This document shows positions 36,341 through 50,449 of a stretch of DNA of 64,000 nucleotides, one piece after another; position 1 is the stretch's first letter; every line of letters starts with the position of its first letter. The translations under genes were made by a program, and so were the position numbers. The notes below the pieces were generated by a model. It was given only the letters and a program-made list of their open reading frames with translations, searched no databases and was not told where the DNA came from. The DNA is from Tubiluchus corallicola (lineage: Eukaryota > Animalia > Priapulida). The stretch covers positions 372,001 through 436,000 of the forward strand of contig JAQGDQ010000135.1 of the NCBI GenBank assembly GCA_030141605.1, given 5' to 3'.

Positions 36341-38516
36341 AGTATTATACAACCCCAACATTTTGCGGACTATGCGGTTTCTATGACACGTAATATTTTG
36401 ATGTTTTCACTGACGTCGTAAACGTTTACTTTTCACAGGTATAGGTATAGAAACGGAGGTGTATTGACAAGAGAAAGCGAAGTGGAGTGCACTTGGTAGC
36501 AAGTGTTTCTTGCTTACGCGAAACATTCAAGGAGTCGCTCAAAAGTTGAAAGTTATGTTGAGGACAACAGCTGATAAAAATTTAATCAGTTCACGATGCT
36601 ATAATGTTTGCCCAAAAGAACCATAATTTGGATTTGCCCCTTTCCGCTTTTTGCACGAAGTGAGACAAATGTGGCATTTTATTTTTGTTCGCTTAGTTGG
36701 CTGAAATTGTCGTGGCCCTTCCATAGCAATTATAAATCACCTAGGTCGTTGTCTTCGTCGTCATCACGCCAGCACGTCCGCTACACATGCTTATTTTCAA
36801 TCAATAACGATAACCATAATTATGTATGAAATCTGCAGCTTTTAAGTTATGGTTATTATCCCCGTAGGTTCTACGCGAAGTCCAAAGAACTCCACTGCTC
36901 GCTTGACTCAAGAAAAACATGCTGAAATTATGTGGGCTCTTTGATTAATAACTCGATTTGTACCCGAGAAAACCGGAAAAGTACGGTTTGTGAGTTCATT
37001 AACCTTAAGTTTTGTTATCTTTACTTTTTCAACAAACTTCAGTTACAATCTTCCTCTGTAAAAGCTAAAATAAAAGCTAAAATGTCTTCGGACAAAATTA
37101 AGTTTAAATTAATTATTGTAAGATACACGTATACACTTTTGGCAGTTATTTTGCAAACGTTTTTTAATCTATATTCAAAAAATAGGGCTAGTGACCATTC
37201 AAAATTGCTGGCTACAATTAAAAAGTAAAACGTGAATGTAAATCCAGAAAACTGCCACAAATTTTCTAGAAATATTGGTATTTTTCTTAGAGCAAGTGGA
37301 GTTGTAAGTTGTAAAAAATAGTGTGCTGGTGCAGAATTTCAGCGGAATAAAATGTTCAAAGAAAAGCTGTAAATTTAAACGGTTATCCAGCATCTAGGAA
37401 TGTGCATGGTGAAATTATGAGACGGCTGCAAAACGAATACTCCTACCAAAAGAGGACATGAGAGCGTCCTTTATAGCAGCTAAAGAGGCTCATTATATAT
37501 GCAATTCGACCTACCAGGTTTATCTCCAATACTTTATTCTTTCGGGCATGTCTGGTTATAAATATTTAATTAATAACGTTCGTTTTTTAATTTATTAAAT
37601 CCTATAGCGAAAACTTACTAAACTTGGTTTATTTTTGGCTCTTTCTTCTCCTTACATGTAACAAATGTTGCTTGTATTGTTTTATGAACATGCACAGTGG
37701 TCTCAGGTGCAAGGAGATCGTACTTGCAGCGGGCGTGCTTCGCCAGCCTGCGTGAAACCCGTTATGAAGCCAAATAACAGGACACATCTTCAGCAAGTTG
37801 ATCTCAGCTGCCGCGTGTTGTACAACTCAAATTGATTTGCTAATGAATCCTTTTGCAGTTCGCATGCCTCGTGGACGTTTCGACAGAAAGAAGCCGGTGT
37901 TGTTTGTGCTAGGAATGTCAGCGCACTATTGTTGTTCCACTTTACCGCACTAAAGTACTCTCCGCCTGACGGAACTGGCAGCAAAAGACGCGGAAATGAC
38001 GGAAGCGTTGCAAAGTCGAATCCTTTGGCGAGTTTAATTCAACCTTTTTGACCTTGGCGAACATACTTTAACATTGTTGTGCTGTGAAGGTGCGGAATTT
38101 ACCATCTGAGTAACTCGTGCGAGAGTTTCGGTGAAATTTATTGGAAAAATGATTGTAAATTGGAACTTGCTGATGATGATTTTCTTCGCATTTCTGGGTG
38201 AGTGTTAATCTTTTAACCTCTGGGAAATAACAAGGATATCCTCATGGTCTAACTAACAATTATTATTTATCATTTGCCATTGTTGGCCACGCATCAATTG
38301 AATAACGTACAAAAGACTGCAAATCAAAAACTGCTGACCTGTCTTTAATGATGTAACGCTGATAGTTGGTTTCTCTGCTATATAAAAAACATGCACTTAA
38401 TGGACTAACCAAAACTCATTCTCATCAGGTCGAATAGCGTCGAAAGTGTAAAAGAATTAACGTCTAAGTGCAAAAGAGGAGTAGCCCAAGTTTGTTGCAT
38501 TAGTTTTTCACAAAGC

Positions 38517-39055
38517 AATGAATGAATGAATGAATTTTATTTGCACTTGTAACAAAAGTAATAACGCAAACATAAATAGTAAAAAGTTAAGTGTCAGAGT
38601 AATCAGCGCTAACAAAGCAAAAAAAAAAAAAATCCGATGCACAAAATCACAATTACTTTACGACAGCGGCTTAAGGAACCCCACAAGTTAGTACAATAAA
38701 AGTGTGGATCATTAAAACTTTATAAAATTACGACCCATGAGCCGAAAAAGACACTTGGGTGAGAATTTACAAATGAACCATGCAGAAAACCTTGTAATTT
38801 GTTAGTGACTATTGTAAAATAAATATTTACCATTTGTATGTACATTGGAATTCAGAGGACCACTACTAAATGCATATTTTAAACTAGCGAAAACTTTTGA
38901 GATGACTATTGAAATTACAATTTTTCAAAGAGGTATTGAAGGAAGCTAAGGAGAGAGAGCCATGACAACAAGAAAAGGAAGAGAAATCCAAAGTGATATA
39001 GCTCTAACAAAGACAGAGTTTACTTAATGTGTTTACTTAATGATTATTAGTGAGC
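38517..39055 (-). mobile_element. 3' fragment of an L2/CR1-group LINE (or associated SINE), copy 2
   Basis: Minus strand AATAAAATTCATTCATTCATT tail; body matches 11440-11960. Confidence 0.6.
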
Positions 39056-39155
39056 GCAGAGTTGTTTACTTTTCGTACGCGTGGAAGTTATTTATTATGG
39101 TGAATAACAGAACCAGTGCACATTGAGTTAGATTAAATAATACTAATTGGAGTCA

Positions 39156-39777
39156 TTAAAGGAAAATCGTATCCAATCTTAAACTGTAGGTCAAAACAAT
39201 GTACTCTTTAAAATATTTAAAGGGAATATACTATTTTTTAAAGAATGACTTACGTGCAAGAATTATTACCAAACAAACGCAATTTCCCTGTTCGCGCGGT
39301 TAGTTTTTCGCTGTTCCATGCACTTCGCCATTCGTTAATTAGATGGGTACTAGCGCCTGCATTTCGGAAACGCGTTACACAAAAAACAAGTGCTGTACCT
39401 CTGATTTAATTTCATAGGTGTTCGTTTCATAGACACACGTTCTAGAACTCAAGCGTTAGCACAGCAGTAAATTTGAAATTTAACTTTTTCTCTTAAAACT
39501 TGCCGCGTTTTAGTATAACACACTGTATCTTGCAGTAGCACTGTACTCCAAATTTCGCTTTTGCAAACACGTGCAACACGATCATAGAATGTTTGTGCTG
39601 TTGAAAATTAAGTTCATTTGTGATCAATAGTTGGGCTCGCCCCGCCATTAACAAAGATTTTAATCAGTTATTTAATTATGAGAAACGCTTTTGCAGCATT
39701 ATTGATGTTAAAGTGAATACTTTTTACCGTCTTTCAAAATGGGGTAGGACATGAAAAATCACCCTGTTTTCCCTTAA
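39156..39777. mobile_element. Kolobok-like non-autonomous DNA transposon, copy 1
   Basis: TTAA|AGGAAAA ... TTTTCCC|TTAA; colinear with 41853-42475. Confidence 0.8.
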
Positions 39778-40246
39778 GTAGATGTTGGTACCAGCTCTGA
39801 AACCTTGTTCCACCTCCTTCCTTATGTGTTTTTCGCTTCTAAAACCATAGGTGTAACATGGCTTCAGTGAAAACATTTGTTTTAGCTTAGCACGATTTCT
39901 CTGACGGGTGTGGTAACAAAACTTAAAGATCGCCTGTTAGGCTTAGCGTGCTGATCATTAAATTGATACCTTCTGCGAATTTATATTATTATGTGCAAGC
40001 GAATTATTATCAAAGTAAGCAAGGCCATAAATATACTGAGTAAATGCAGCTGTCATGATGTTTTACGTGGAATGCTTCTCAGTCAAAGTTTGCACAAAAT
40101 ATGGCAGCTCAGCACATCGTGCTGGCTGTGCTGAGGTAGAATTTCTGTGTTGCAATTTTAGATAAAAAACAATTCATACCTTTCTTTCACTGTCTCTTTT
40201 TCTCACTCCTATTTCTCTCCTTTTTTCTTTTTCTCTCTCCTTCTCA

Positions 40247-40620
40247 TTTATTTTATTTATTTATTTAGTACGTAATCTTTATTTTAAAAAATATTTACAA
40301 GAAAGTATAAAATATGAAAGCAGGATAAACGTACTTACAGCACAGAATAAAATTTTACAGATAAAAAGGGCTTGTTAATAGATTACGGATAAAAACACAG
40401 AGAGCAAAGGCTACTTAAAGCTACCTATTAAAATATAAACGATTATTCAGATTTACATCTTTTAAATGGTTTTAAAAACTTTGCTACTCTGAGGACAGAC
40501 CAAAGGGGCAGTTCCAGAAAGTTCATTCCAGGTTTTAATTGTTTTATTTGGAATTTTTTTTTGAAATAATCAAGTCAGCAGCGGGTAGGCTTTAACTTTA
40601 AGCGGCGACACCTGGTTACA
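40247..40620 (-). mobile_element. CR1-type LINE 3' fragment
   Basis: Minus strand VTRCRRLKLKPTRC.LDYFK...NKTIKTWNEL, then an (AAAT)n tail. Confidence 0.6.
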
Positions 40621-41852
40621 TTAGATAAAGGTGCTTGTTTCTTTATCTGCAGAACTGTCTCCACGTAACAGAATAACACATTGTCAGATCACATTGTGTT
40701 CGGCGAAATACAACTGCTTCAAGGTTGAAAAACGCTAATCAGCTGCCAATATTTGCTAGGCTTTAGTAATGCAATTGTGCAGTCATTCTCATTATAGCAT
40801 TCACGGAGCGCAAATCATTTTCTAATTGTATAAAGTGATCCTGACACTTCTAACGTTCCTTAAACTCAATCAGGGAGGTTCCAGCAAGGACAACTGCAAA
40901 AGCTAATTCAGACTTGACACATAAACTTCATGACATTTACGCAACCGTTTCAGCTGCTCATATGTTCTGGCGTATATAATAATTTATAAATATGGAGCTT
41001 TGAATTTTCTATCAGGAAAAATATAATTATCGATTTGCTTAGACATGCTTTTTACGTTTTTACTTATTTATCCAGCAGTAGATAAAACTAGCTAAAATTG
41101 TTTGTCAAGATCAAAAGACTTCTTATTAGCTGGTTGTATTACTCAAAAATGAAAGAGTTAATTTCCTAAGACCGTGTTAAGATCTTCGTAAAGTTCAAGA
41201 ATTTTTTAACGTCTGATAAGTTGCGGGAGAATAATTTCCTATTAACTGAATTACATTAAGCACTAAATTACGCATGCTTTATTAAGATGCTCTTTAACCA
41301 CGTTTTTAGCTAATTTGGACGTTGCTAGTGCTAAATATACTGTCGATTCTTTCCTAATACGAAGGTTTGCTGATGGCTCCTTTCTGTATCTAACTATTTA
41401 CGGAAATTTTTGAGCCAATTTTATGCATGGTGAAAAATTAATAAGCAAATGTAATTTTAATGGAGCTATTTGTTGCCTTTTCTGTAGTCATCATGTAATT
41501 TAGTATTATTTTCTGCACGAGTTCGTTGATAGCGAGAAAAGTTATTGTCTACTGCTTGAAAACATATTCATTCTACTACTTGTCTGGTTTCATTGTACAA
41601 AGAGCATTCGTGAAATAACACATTAGACGAAAACATAAAGCCCATATACGGTTCACGAGACGAATAAAACAAATAAGGTAGGATGACATACTGTTAGAAG
41701 TAAAGGTTTCAAACAAATTGGTTAAGTGTCGGAATGTACACATTTTAGCAAAAGAAACGTGTGCGGCTGGACACCAATGGTGACATTACAGAACCAAAAC
41801 AACAAAAATGAATAAATCGCAAATACCTGAAAGTAACACAAGGATAACAAGC

Positions 41853-42475
41853 TTAAAGGAAAACGGGACCCAATCCAAAATTGTAGGTCAAGGCAATCTA
41901 CTCTTTAAAATATTTAAAGGGAACATTACTATTTTTTAAAGAATTACTTACGTGAAAGAATTATTACCACAAAAAAGTAATTTCGCATTCTTCCGGCTAG
42001 TTCTTCACTGTTACATGCATTTCACCATTCGTCAGTTAGCTGGGAATGTTGGCACCTGCATTTCGCAAACGCGTTGTATGAAAAACAGGTACTGCACCTC
42101 TCAGTTCAGACTTGTTCGTTTCTGACGTAATAGACACGTTTGAGAGTTCGTGCGTGAGCAAGCGGTAAACTTGGAAATTTCAATTTTTAATTAAAATTTG
42201 CCGAGTTTTTCTATGATACACTGAATGCTGTAGCACTGTACTTTAATTTTCGCTTTCGCAAACACGTTCAATTCGCTCATGAAATGTTTGTGATGTTGAA
42301 AATTGCGTTCGTTTGTAACATCATCACCAGCTGGGCTTGCCCGCCTTTAATTAAGTTTTTAATCTATTATTTAATGATCAGAAATGCTTTGGCATTATCA
42401 TATGTGTTAAAATGTATACGTTTTACTGTATTCAAAATGGGGTAGGATATGAAAAATCGTTCTGCTTTGCTTTAA
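41853..42475. mobile_element. Kolobok-like non-autonomous DNA transposon, copy 2
   Basis: TTAA|AGGAAAA ... CTTTGCT|TTAA; same length and body as copy 1. Confidence 0.78.
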
Positions 42476-43849
42476 CAAATTATTACTTAGTTTTCGCACA
42501 GTTACATTAATGTTTTCAGGTAGCAATATTTCATCTATCGTAAGGCTCTTACCTTGGCGATACAATGGCCAAGGCAACAAAAAATGTTCGTTTGATTAAA
42601 ACCGAAAGCTACAATTACAATTCGGTAGCAATCTTGAGAGAAAAGGTCATAGTTAGGCTGAGAAAACCCAACTATGATGGATAGAAATTCCCACATAAGA
42701 AATGCTTCTGAGGTCTCGTGAACCTTATATGGGCTTTATGTTTTGATCTAATGTATTATTTGATGAACGTTCTTCATAAATTGTTTCTCCGAATTTTAAT
42801 TACGCTGCATTGCACAAATTTTTATTACTCAGTGCTTTGTCACAACGTTTACTAGTATAGTTTTAAACTTATAAAAGTCGCTTATAATAAAGGAATACGC
42901 ATGCCTTTTAAACAACCTTTCCATTGCTCTGCCAGAAGCATGTGTCTTGGTCTCGAGGTGCCCTATTTTGATGTTATTTTACAGAAAAATATTTACAGTC
43001 TAAAGATGCATCTATTTAATAGTCTTAACAGTTTGAAAAATTTTTAACAGTGATTGTATTGTTTTATCTAAAATTTACCAATATTGGATAAATCAGCTGT
43101 ATATAGAAGTCTTTTAATTTTAAATTTTTAAATCTTGTAAATGTATTTTGCCAAATTTTTTTCCTGTAGACAATTTTATCGCGGTAGTATTTTATGTATG
43201 AGTGACGATATAGCTATTGTACATATGTAGCAGTTTTGATTGTATGTGTGTTGATATTATGGGTTTTTACTTGGAATACAATGCATCTTATCTTTGTCTT
43301 TATCATTTTACACTTTGGCTTCATAATTACGCCTAAGTTTGACACAAAATTTTCAATATTTGAAACACTGAAATAAATTGAATCCCAATTCTAAGCTGGT
43401 GGGATGATGGGTTCTGTAAGTTCGTGCACTCAACAGAAATCTGTGGCGGTGTTGTCCCGGTTGGAGTTATCCAATCCATTTCAAGCTGTTTGAAAAGATG
43501 TGGGCTGATAGGGAAGATGACACAAATTTAGAGAAACGACGTGTGAATGATGCGACTCGTAGCTTTTACTATTAACACTTACGCGTTTTCTCTTAATGTC
43601 CTGGTGAACCGAGAAAAAGGTCTGTAAGAAAGTATTTTCCGTATCGGAAGACCAAACTGACCGACAAATCGAATAGGCAAAACGCAAATTAGTGACGTCA
43701 ACCAGTGTTTAGGCATGCAGTCGAAAAGATGGATAGACCGATTACACAGATTATCCTGACTTCTTTTGCAAATCCGCCCTCAATTTCACACAATCGTGAA
43801 GCCATTGGCAAAATGGGTGACATTTTCTCGAGAAAAGAGCTTGGCGTCG

Positions 43850-44040
43850 CGTTTTAATTAACGCCTCTGTCCAAGCGAATCTTTGCACAATGCTTTGATC
43901 AATCTGCGCCAGTTGCAATAGCTTACCGGCCGTCAGCGGCTCATTAACCGAATCAGATGCACTTGATTCAGCGGATGAGGTATTTATTGTCGAAAAGACC
44001 CTCAATAGTCGCACGCAAGGGAATCGTTCCATGTCCAAGC
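43850..44040 (-). mobile_element. Possible hAT transposase C-terminal remnant
   Basis: ERFPCVRLLRVFSTINTSSAE...IDQSIVQRFA resembles the hAT dimerisation motif FP.L..LL.I..T.P.SSAE...ID..I.RFA. Confidence 0.35.
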
Positions 44041-44200
44041 AGGCATTTGCTATTCTATTTTAGACCGATAGCTGAGCAATGTGCAATCGCGCTGAGTAAC
44101 TTGATTATTAGAAAAATATAATACATAATATATAATATACGCATCGGATAAAATAACATATGTATAGGACTTAAAATATGAGAGCTCTCCTGAGACTTGT

Positions 44201-44392
44201 CATATAAAACATGAATTAAACGTTGAGGGTCCTTTACGGTCTCACAATAGATTATTTCTTTCAGGAGCTTTCGCCCTGCTAGCAACACGAGTCTATTCAG
44301 TTGACGAGGCCCATTGGGGCGAAAACTCCTGAAATAAATAATCTACTGTGACTGTAAAGGGCATTCAACGTTATTTGTCATGTTAATATATG
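44201..44392. repeat. Fold-back (inverted repeat) of about 190 bp containing a minimal hammerhead ribozyme motif; probable Penelope-like element remnant
   Basis: Arms 44201-44276 and 44317-44392 are near reverse complements; TTCAG-TTGACGA-GGCCCATTGGGGC-GAAA-AC-TC-CTGAA at 44296-44333. Confidence 0.7.
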
Positions 44393-44649
44393 CATATGTA
44401 ACAGTAATATATACACATTATGTTGTGAACCTGTCAGTGGCATTTCTTCAACGAGTCACGAGGGTACAGACAACTCGTGCCAGTTCGGAATACCAGAATA
44501 GGCAGGCTAGAGCGTCAGATTCCTCTGCATAACGAGCTGGAAGAGATCTTAAATTTAATTACAAATGACTTAGTTTCGGATTTCTGCGTGATCTAACCTG
44601 CAAGTACGACGGACCTTTTTTAAACTTTCTGCACCGCAACAATATGGTT

Positions 44650-46670
44650 CACCAGAGATCAAATCATTTTTTGATTTTGATTAAATGTGATTATAGCGGT
44701 TTTTCTAATTACTTACGTAATATCAACAGGGCACAAGCTTTCATGCACTGTGTTAATGCCTTTTGGGTAAACTTCCATAATGTGGTGCGCGCAGGAGTAG
44801 AGAAATATGCTCCGACTCGTACAATTTCCATTAAAAAAGTGCATCCTACTTTTGTAAAAAATTGCAAACTAGAAAAAAGTTGTTGTGGCGCAGACGTCAT
44901 ACTACGCAGGGCAAAGCGCAGATTTAGCGTTGCGCAAAACACGTTTCTCAAGCTATATTCAAATCAACCTCTGTTACAAAACAACGAATTTTGAATAACG
45001 AAAATAAATAGCTTCTCTGTTCAGATATGTTAACAGTAATCGTAACTATAGGTCTGGAATTGCACCGCTAAAGTACAGAGGTGAAATATTCTTGATGATG
45101 CTGTTAAAGCTAATGTTTTTCCAAAGGCTTTATGTTTCAATTATACTGTTCATAATAATGTTGCTTCTTATTCCACGTATCGAGTCCCACATGATACATG
45201 TAAAAGCGAAGTTCACTTTACTCTTGAATTAGTTTATAAAATGTTGAAGCAGCTAAATAATAAAACCAGGCACACACCTGATGGTCCTCCCAGCATAATT
45301 TTTATCAAATTGGCTCATCAACTTTGTTTACTTTTAGCTAAAATCTTTGAGATTTCCTTTGTTACTCACACTCTTGCTGGTGCACTGCATATGGTTAACT
45401 GCTGACATAATGCCCGTTTTTAAAAAAAGGTGATCCTTAGGACCTTTTTAACTACAGGAAATCTTGCTGATATGTGTGATGTGTCGTTTGCAAAGTGATG
45501 GAAATGTTCGTTAAAAACGAGATTTTAGATGATTTAAACTCACATAAACTGATTTCCAAACCACAGCATGGTTTCTTGAAAAACCGATCTACGTGTACCC
45601 AACTGTTACACTAAGTAAATGATTGGTCAAAACGGCTTGATCATGGAATGCAAGTTGACGTACTTTACGTGGACTTACGCCTTTGACGGTGTAGTCTACT
45701 CTAAGCTTCTGGTTAAGTTACAGTAATATGGGATAACTGGCAATCGTTTCCTCTGGATAAAAGTATTTCTGAGCAATCGCAGCCAATCTTTTCGACATCT
45801 TGGATCCTATAAATTGTAAGCTTTATGCTGACGACTTGAAGGTTTATTCCACGTGCAAAGACCACCGTCTATTAGTTCACGCCATTGAGAAATTGAGTAA
45901 ATGGTTTGATACCTGGCAACTTTCGGTTGTATCTCATAAATGCACTAGGATTCATTTAGGCTACGCAAATTCACGCCTCCAGTATTTTTAAAGGGCTTTC
46001 CCATAAGTACACATGATGACTGCAGTGATTTGGGTATTACTATTTGCACGTAAGCGGCAAGAAGCAAACGGTTTTCGTGTAACTAACATGATTTACCAAT
46101 GTTTTTTAAAAAATAATGTATATACTTTAATTACCGCTTACAGATCTTTTGCGTGGGCCTCCTCTAGAGTTTGCATACAAATCTACCCGCAGACTTTTTG
46201 ATCGGTGCCAGTTAGGACACATTCCATATAAGGACACAACTATAAACTTTTTATCAATTATTCTAGGTTGGGCTTGTAGAAATATGCTTTTCCAAATAGA
46301 ATTTGTAGTATATGGAATGACGTCAGTTACGACATTGTTAATTTACCCAGTCTATCAGTTTTTAGTAGGAAACTAGCCGAAAATTGCTTGTTAAAACTTT
46401 GCAGATTTAATAGATTTCTGTAAGACATTATTACCCTAGTTCAATGCTCTCTCCCAATTTTGATAAATTTACGCTTTGTATATTTTTTATTGATTTTTTA
46501 TCTTATCATAATTTTAATGTAAGTAATGTAAATTTTGTCCAATTTAAACTGATGTATTTTACTTTTGCCAACTTACAATATAGGTTGGCCTATGAGCTAA
46601 CACAGTCTACCTGTCTCATCTTTTATAAAGTAATGTATATTATACAAATGTTCTTAATAAATAAATAAAT
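44650..46670 (+). mobile_element. Decayed CR1-type LINE (reverse transcriptase remnant)
   Basis: Frameshifted pieces: PDGPPSIIFIKLAHQL, ADIMPVFKKGD, QHGFLKNRSTCTQLL, VDVLYVD..AFD, YGITG...WIKVFLSNRSQ, KLYADDLKVY, WFDTWQL...KC; (AAAT)n tail at about 46656-46670. Confidence 0.92.
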
Positions 46671-47760
46671 ATTTTAAGTTATAAACCAAAGCGAACTAAT
46701 CCCTTATAAAATTCTTTATACGTAAGAGAAATATGGCTGAGTGGTCATGGTATGGTTAGCAATTGAAGTGGCAAATGGACGTATGCAAAACCTTTTCTTG
46801 GCGGTTTAATCTGCATTCCTGTCTTCAACTGTTTACCTCACTGAAAGATATATTTACAAGTGAAGAAGTTAAGACACCTGTTCAATGTTTAAGCCTAGAA
46901 CATTAACCTTAATTGATAGTGACCTAGCTTCAGGTTCTGTTAAAATTATTAGCATTAGCAATACGTTTTTCTATGGAGTGATGGACACGGCCTGTGAGTG
47001 CGCTTTACTGATTAAAAAAATTATTAAGATAAGGCAGTGACGCCACTAATAATCTATTTAGCAAGAATTTCCAAAACATTAATATTAGAGTGATAAGCAC
47101 ACGACTTTGACGTTTACTTTTACCGTAACTGGTAAACGGGCTTTCAATCTAAACTTTAAAGTTGTCAGTTGTGTTTTTAAAAGTACATAAGAGCGAGGTG
47201 CTATACCTAAAAGTACAGGCGTCAAGCAAAAGTGGTAAGATAAGAAAGCCCGAAGCTCTACAAAATGCCGCCAGGGACAGGGTTGTTAGTATCGTAATTT
47301 TATTTATTTATTTATTTTAGATTTAAATCAATACGGAAACTACTATACAAAAATATATAGTAATACTGTAATTGTAATAATTGCTAATCGTTTAAAGCAA
47401 ATCGGTCATCATCTTTTGTGACACTGCTTAGCACCGTTTGCAATGCTCATAAACATAAAGCTATCCGCAGATCATTAAAGTATTATTAGTCATGTCATGA
47501 TGACATGGCTTCTTAAACTGTTAAGTCTCATGCTTGTTCAGCTGTGAAACCCTGACGGTTTTATTGCCTCTGCGGGGATGTTAATAAAATGCAGCGATGT
47601 AGCTTGGCTAAGTTGGCTTTATTAGCAATAAATAATAATTATTCCCTGGACTCTGTGGTATGCCATCGTTAAGGTAGCAAAAAATTACGTTATCGCGGCA
47701 AAAAATGACAAAGCTTTTCAAGTAAAATATCTTTAATGCGGTTAATAATACGTCTTGACA

Positions 47761-48007
47761 TTATGGCGTGTTCAAACTGGAAAGTTTTCTTTCGCAAGTT
47801 CTTGCGCATTTCTCGCTGAGAGTAAATCGCAAGTGTGAAATGCTTTGCAAGTTCGTTCAAAAGTTATTGCAAACTCAGCGAGAGTTGCTGAGAGTTCTTG
47901 TGCAATATTTTTAAAGCTTGCGAGAGAACTTGCAAAACCGTGCATACTTGCGAGTTTATTCTCAGAGAGAACTTGCGAACGAACTCTCTAGTCTGAAAGC
48001 GCCATTA
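47761..48007. mobile_element. PIF/Harbinger-like palindromic MITE, family A
   Basis: TTA flanks on both sides; imperfect TIR TGGCGTGTTCAAACTGGAAAGTT / AACTCTCTAGTCTGAAAGCGCCA; internally palindromic. Confidence 0.75.
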
Positions 48008-49291
48008 AATTTTATTCTACAGACCAGTAACACGTTGCATGCTGTAATAAATATAAGATTAACTGTGTTAATAAACATTGCGCGGTGTATTTAGATGCAC
48101 AGTAAGCATGTACAATGAGTAAATGACGTCTGCATTTATGATGATTTATAACTTTTGATAATCCTAGTAATGGCAAAATCGGTGCACAGTAGCCTTGCAG
48201 AAGTAATTTACAGATGAAACAGCTCAAATGATTTTGCACCCAAATGGCACATGAACTGTTTCAAGTGGATACATCAAATATACCCAAAATCGACCAACTA
48301 CCTGTTTGCTACCGGGTCACTCACATAACAAATTTCTGAAGCCAGTATTGCTTAACCTCTGGAAGTATTTGAATAAACCACGATAACGGTACGTTTCTTC
48401 TACTTTTTATTTAAAGATTAAACTTCAGTTCAGTTGACTAACTGAATTTCCTGGTTTGTCTGCCTGATTTCCTGTTAGCTAAAGATTGTTTTTTAATCAT
48501 GTTATTCTATTAACTCTTTGTTTCTACAGTAGACACGACTCTATTTCCGGCACTTAATACTCAAGATGGGATGTCTCATTTTTTCTCCCCAAGTCCAATC
48601 CACTTTAATAAATCTGCCTCACGAATTGAGATAAAAACTCTCTCAAGGGAGAACAACAATGGGGCTGATTATTGAAGCTTGCACTAGTTTGCACAGAAAT
48701 CATTTAGAAAAATTCCTTAGAGGATCAAGAATTCCATTCAATGAAGTTAAGTGAAAAACGTGTAGTAGTTCAAGCGCTTGGTTTAGAGAAATTACAGCAC
48801 TATAGTTAAAATAAAGATGAAAAGAGCGTTAAAATGCTCCACTCGAGAAAGTTTGTAAACGTTGATTAATTTCGAAGGTGTTTGTGATATTATTAACGGT
48901 GGCAGTTTCATGAATTTATTCAATTTAAATTGTACTTTTGCAAATTCGTAAAATTAATGAGTTTTGGAACCTCGTTACATTTAAATACGAATTGCATTTC
49001 GGTCGATAAGAATTTGTCGTATTTTTGTAGCTATTGTGAATGTCGCCTGTGGTTCTTACTTGGTCAGAAACTGTCTGAGTTTATTTGCTTTTCTTCTCTT
49101 CAAATCGATTAACATGTAAAAGTCCTCAGGAGCAAAAATTCCGGCGTTTGTTATCACCATAAGGGGGCGCTGTGTAAATAAATTCATGTCCTAAGGCTTC
49201 ACGAGTGCTGTGGTTAGAACACTACAGAACAACTCCACAAAAACGTTTGATTCATTCCTTATTTTAATATTTAGACATTGACATCGCCAAC

Positions 49292-49811
<520 letters not shown>

Positions 49812-50449
49812 TAAAGCATTGGATAAAAACTGCAGCAAAATACTTTCCGAGTACCTATATAACAAACATTTGCAGTAATAAGACATTTCTTTTAATAAAC
49901 GCAACAAGTATCGACGTCTTTATCGAAACATTTGCAGTCACTATAATGACTCTGTTCTCATAGAACATTTATGCTGCAAGATCTATGCATTAAGTTATCT
50001 TATAAAATGTAGGAGACAAACAACAGTAATTAAAATATACAAGCATTTGTGCTATAGCATAAAGAAAATTTAATGTTTATTATCGCCAGTAAAACAAAAA
50101 TATTAATACCAAGATCACAGACATTTCCTGCCACACAGGCTTTGAAGTCAGACGACTTCGACTAACACTTTCCATGATATTAATCAGTTTCAGCAGTGCA
50201 AGCGCGATAAAAATGCGAACATCAAAACAATCAACAAAGAGTAAATAAGATTTTCTCACTGATGCCATAATTTATTGATTCCGACTCGTGGAAAAACCTT
50301 CTCAAGTGTGCTTATGAGTTTTTGATGATATTTAAACTTCTTAAAGAAATCTGGTCCGATTCACTCATCATGCTCAATTCACGCATCGACGAGGCATATG
50401 ACCAGATTAGGCCTCTAACGGTTGGCATGTGAAAAAGATTGATAGATTA

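Noticed and set aside
44644-46376. Several short ORFs as host genes or an active reverse-transcriptase system
   Set aside because: They are frameshifted, stop-riddled pieces of one CR1 LINE, and the segment just before the YADD motif appears deleted.
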